Source of the DNA: Azolla caroliniana | Lineage: Eukaryota; Plantae; Polypodiophyta | Length of the DNA stretch: 64,000 bases | Direction: 5' to 3' | Assembly (NCBI GenBank): GCA_043228905.1 | Contig: JBHGNT010000006.1 | Span: 18,662,001-18,726,000, forward strand | Part shown: piece by piece, positions 61,150-64,000 of the stretch | Numbering within the stretch: the first letter of the stretch is position 1 | How the letters are laid out: every line of letters starts with the position of its first letter | Notes under the pieces: model-generated | Databases searched by the model: none | What the model was told of the DNA's origin: nothing | The model's input: the letters and a program-made list of their open reading frames with translations, nothing else | Position numbers and translations under genes: made by a program

Positions 61150-64000
61150 TGTAACCACGGTGTGGACTACTGTGGCGTTTGTTCGCACTACTTTGGTCGT
61201 GTGGTGATAAGACTTCGTGATCAAAGCCGCTCTGTTCTGTGAGCATAGAGTCTTACAATACGCTAGCTTTTTATTTTGGTCTTTCGTCCCTTATATACAG
61301 GGCTTCTAATCGGTTACACTCCCTATGTGAACCGTTACCCGTGTTACTTTAATGCGTCTAATATAATACTTTATTTTCCATGTGTTATGTCCGGCGGACA
61401 GCAGTTCGTAATACCTAATTGATCACATGTCGTTTTATTTATGAAATTCACTCCTGACCTACCGTCGATGATAAAATGGGGAATCTCTTAACGTCGGATG
61501 ATTGCCTTTATTAAAGGATTGTGCTCATCCATGATTGTCGAACCCTTAATCGGATTAGTAAAATTAACCGACACCCGGTCTGACTCGTTCTTTGTATTTA
61601 TGTGTGTTATTTTTTCTGTAAATCGGGGTACTAATTTTAGTAATCCCGCTAGTGGCAATGTGATCTAACAATCCACCAACACTCTCCACGTTTCATCTTT
61701 TGATGTTGATTGTTCTAGTACCTCCTTTAACCGAGTTTCCGAATTTACTGGGGTGGCGTTTAGTTTGGCATTTTCTTGTAGCATCCTGTGACATTGTTGT
61801 TGTTTTCTTCATTTGCCCATTGCTTAGCTGCCTTCCACACTACTTCCTATATTTCCCACTCGGACTGTTTGGTTTTGTTCCGAGTCGTTACTTGTTGTAC
61901 TTTTGCGGTTACCATATTTATTGTTGGGGCGTTCCGTTTTTCCTTCATTGGATATTGATTTGCATAGTGCCCATCTTTTCTACAAATATAAAAAATTGGT
62001 TCCGTGGACCCACTGGCTTCTCCATTTTCATATTGCGATCGCCGAACATGCTAGGACTAGGGCTCGTGTCTACCTTTTGAATTATATTGACATTGTCTAG
62101 ATGCCTTCGACCGTCTATTGTCATCCTGTCATTCTTCATTGAATCGACGATTGTTCTGCTGATTGTAATAATTTCTCCATTGATCATAAGATCTCCGGTC
62201 ATTTTGATGTCAGAAACTTTTGTATGGACGCCGTTCCATTTCTATCCTGGCATGGTGAGTAATCACGCTCCCTTTGATAATCATCGTCCTTTCTATAATG
62301 ACAATCCCTTCTGTAATCATCATGGCGGTCATTGTCCCTTCGATAATCATCGTAGTGATCATACCTGCGAGAATCCTCTTGCCGATTTTTCTCTAATCGA
62401 TAACGATTCTGATACCGCAGCCGATCGTCCTCTAGAAACCGGTGTTGTTGTTGATTTCTATCTTCCATGCATTCTTCATGTGGCTGTATTTTTCTTACTG
62501 GAGCTGCAACCTTATTGAGAAGATTATATTTGCATTGGTCGATCGTATGTGCCTTTGAATGGCAAATTGGACAATGCGTGTGTAATGTGCATTCTATCGT
62601 AGAATGCCCCGGATTCAAGCCCGTTGTGCATTGAATTGCTTGGCGGAACCATAACTCTTCCTAAGTTGGTAAGGATTTCTGTAATGACATCATGGACATA
62701 CTATTACTTGTTTGTGTTTTATCTATTATGAGTGCCTTGTCAATCACTTGTTCTCGTGATTGTTCCTTATAATTGAACACAACTAATGTCGTTCGAAGCA
62801 GCTTTTAGAGTGCTGATAAGAAAGTGTTTTTCACATCTTCCTCTAGAAGAGGTTGTGCTATCTTTCTCTGAAGGTTTTGAGGCCGAATAAGAAATTGTGG
62901 AATGGTCTCATGAGCTTCTTGATAAGCCGCATAGAATTGGCTCATGAGTTCTCTTTTTGGAACTTTTCTATGAAATAACGTAATAAATTTACTGGTTAAT
63001 TGTTTAAATGATTCGAACTCACCTTCTTCATGTTGCGAGTACCAATTAGCCGATTTCTTGTCGAGTGACAATCCTAATTCTGCAATCTTGGATTTGTCAA
63101 TATATGTTTCTGATAATCTTTGTGAGACATGGTTAGCTAGTCATGTCATAAGGAAAGCGCACATGTGTGCTTCTGCGTTAGCTTCACCATTGTACTTAGG
63201 ATAGGGATACGACATTGTATCCTCCTCAAAAAATTCTTCCAAATTGGTTAGGTAACAGTGCAGGTCGGACGACTCCTCATCCGAAATACGGTCGACATAT
63301 AACCCAAGAACCTCTCTTAATTCCCCTTCAGATTTTTGTCGAATTTGTTCGAAAGACACCAAATTAGTGGAATTACCTTCCTCTGCACGTCGGCTCTCCG
63401 ATGTCATGCGTGATCTTCTGCGTCCTACATGTTGGTATGTACTAGGTCGACTAGGCGACATCCATTGTCCTTGTTCCCTGTTTGTAACAAATGTAACCGG
63501 GTGTGCCAAATTATTGTGTTGTCTCTATCGACTGACAGAAAGGGTCAAACGTCTTAATCACTAAGGTCTTAATTCAACTAGCCGACCGTCTAATAGTTTT
63601 GGAGGCTTCTTCTCTGGCAAGGCCAAATGTGGTGGATAGTTTTGGAGGCTTCTTTTCTGGCAAGGCCAAATGTGGTGGATAGGTAATGGGCAGGGTATTG
63701 GGCGATGACCGACAACACGTTTTCGCTCCAATCGATAACGATCCTCATACCTCAGCTGATCGTCCTCAAGAAACCGGCGTTGTTGTTGATTTCTATCTTC
63801 CATGCATTCTTCATGTGGCTGTATTTGTCTTATTGGAGCTTCAACCTTATTGAGAACATTATATTCGCACTGATCGATCGTATGTCACTTTGAATGGCAA
63901 ATTGGAAAATGTGTGAGTAATGTGCATTCTACCGTAGAATGGCCCGTATTCAAGGCCGTTGTGCATTGAATTGCTTCGTGGAACCGTAATTCTTCCTAAG
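61150..64000 (-). mobile_element. Degenerate gag-bearing LTR element(s) related to H, with a probable LTR starting at 61670
   Basis: PPT-like GGAGAGTGTTGGTGGAT then TGTTAG at 61670 (minus); gag YPKYNGEANA, ANWYSQH, CPICHSKAHTIDQC; 63690-64000 duplicates ~62390-62665; LTR left boundary uncertain. Confidence 0.6.

Overview
Eukaryotic, most likely land-plant DNA (plant-type tRNA-Trp and iMet primer sites, CDPK-superfamily kinase; a non-seed plant is my inference). Only one clear host gene: an intronless 290-aa CDPK/PPCK-type Ser/Thr kinase (18681-19553). The first ~26 kb is AT-rich and holds the 3' end of an LTR element, a solo LTR, a hAT-like MITE, a 4.35-kb Mutator-like element (9-bp TSD) carrying an orphan ORF, and two truncated L1 LINEs. 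From ~26.5 kb to the end is a deeply nested LTR-retrotransposon cluster (gypsy > copia > gypsy > copia > gypsy > gypsy). The most interesting signal is a group of Ty3/gypsy elements with TGTCG...CGACA termini (labelled A-G here) that share unusual features: (1) antisense tRNA-like A-box/B-box modules inside the LTRs of several families; (2) 4-bp target sites always centred on CG; (3) a covarying hairpin directly upstream of the PPT; (4) a GGAUUUU slippery site plus covarying pseudoknot between gag-protease and RT; (5) non-autonomous partners encoding a Gag-N domain fused to long structured repeats and a Trp/Arg-rich tail, one with an intact 1402-aa ORF. Everything was read by eye; no database searches or folding programs were run, so novelty is unverified.
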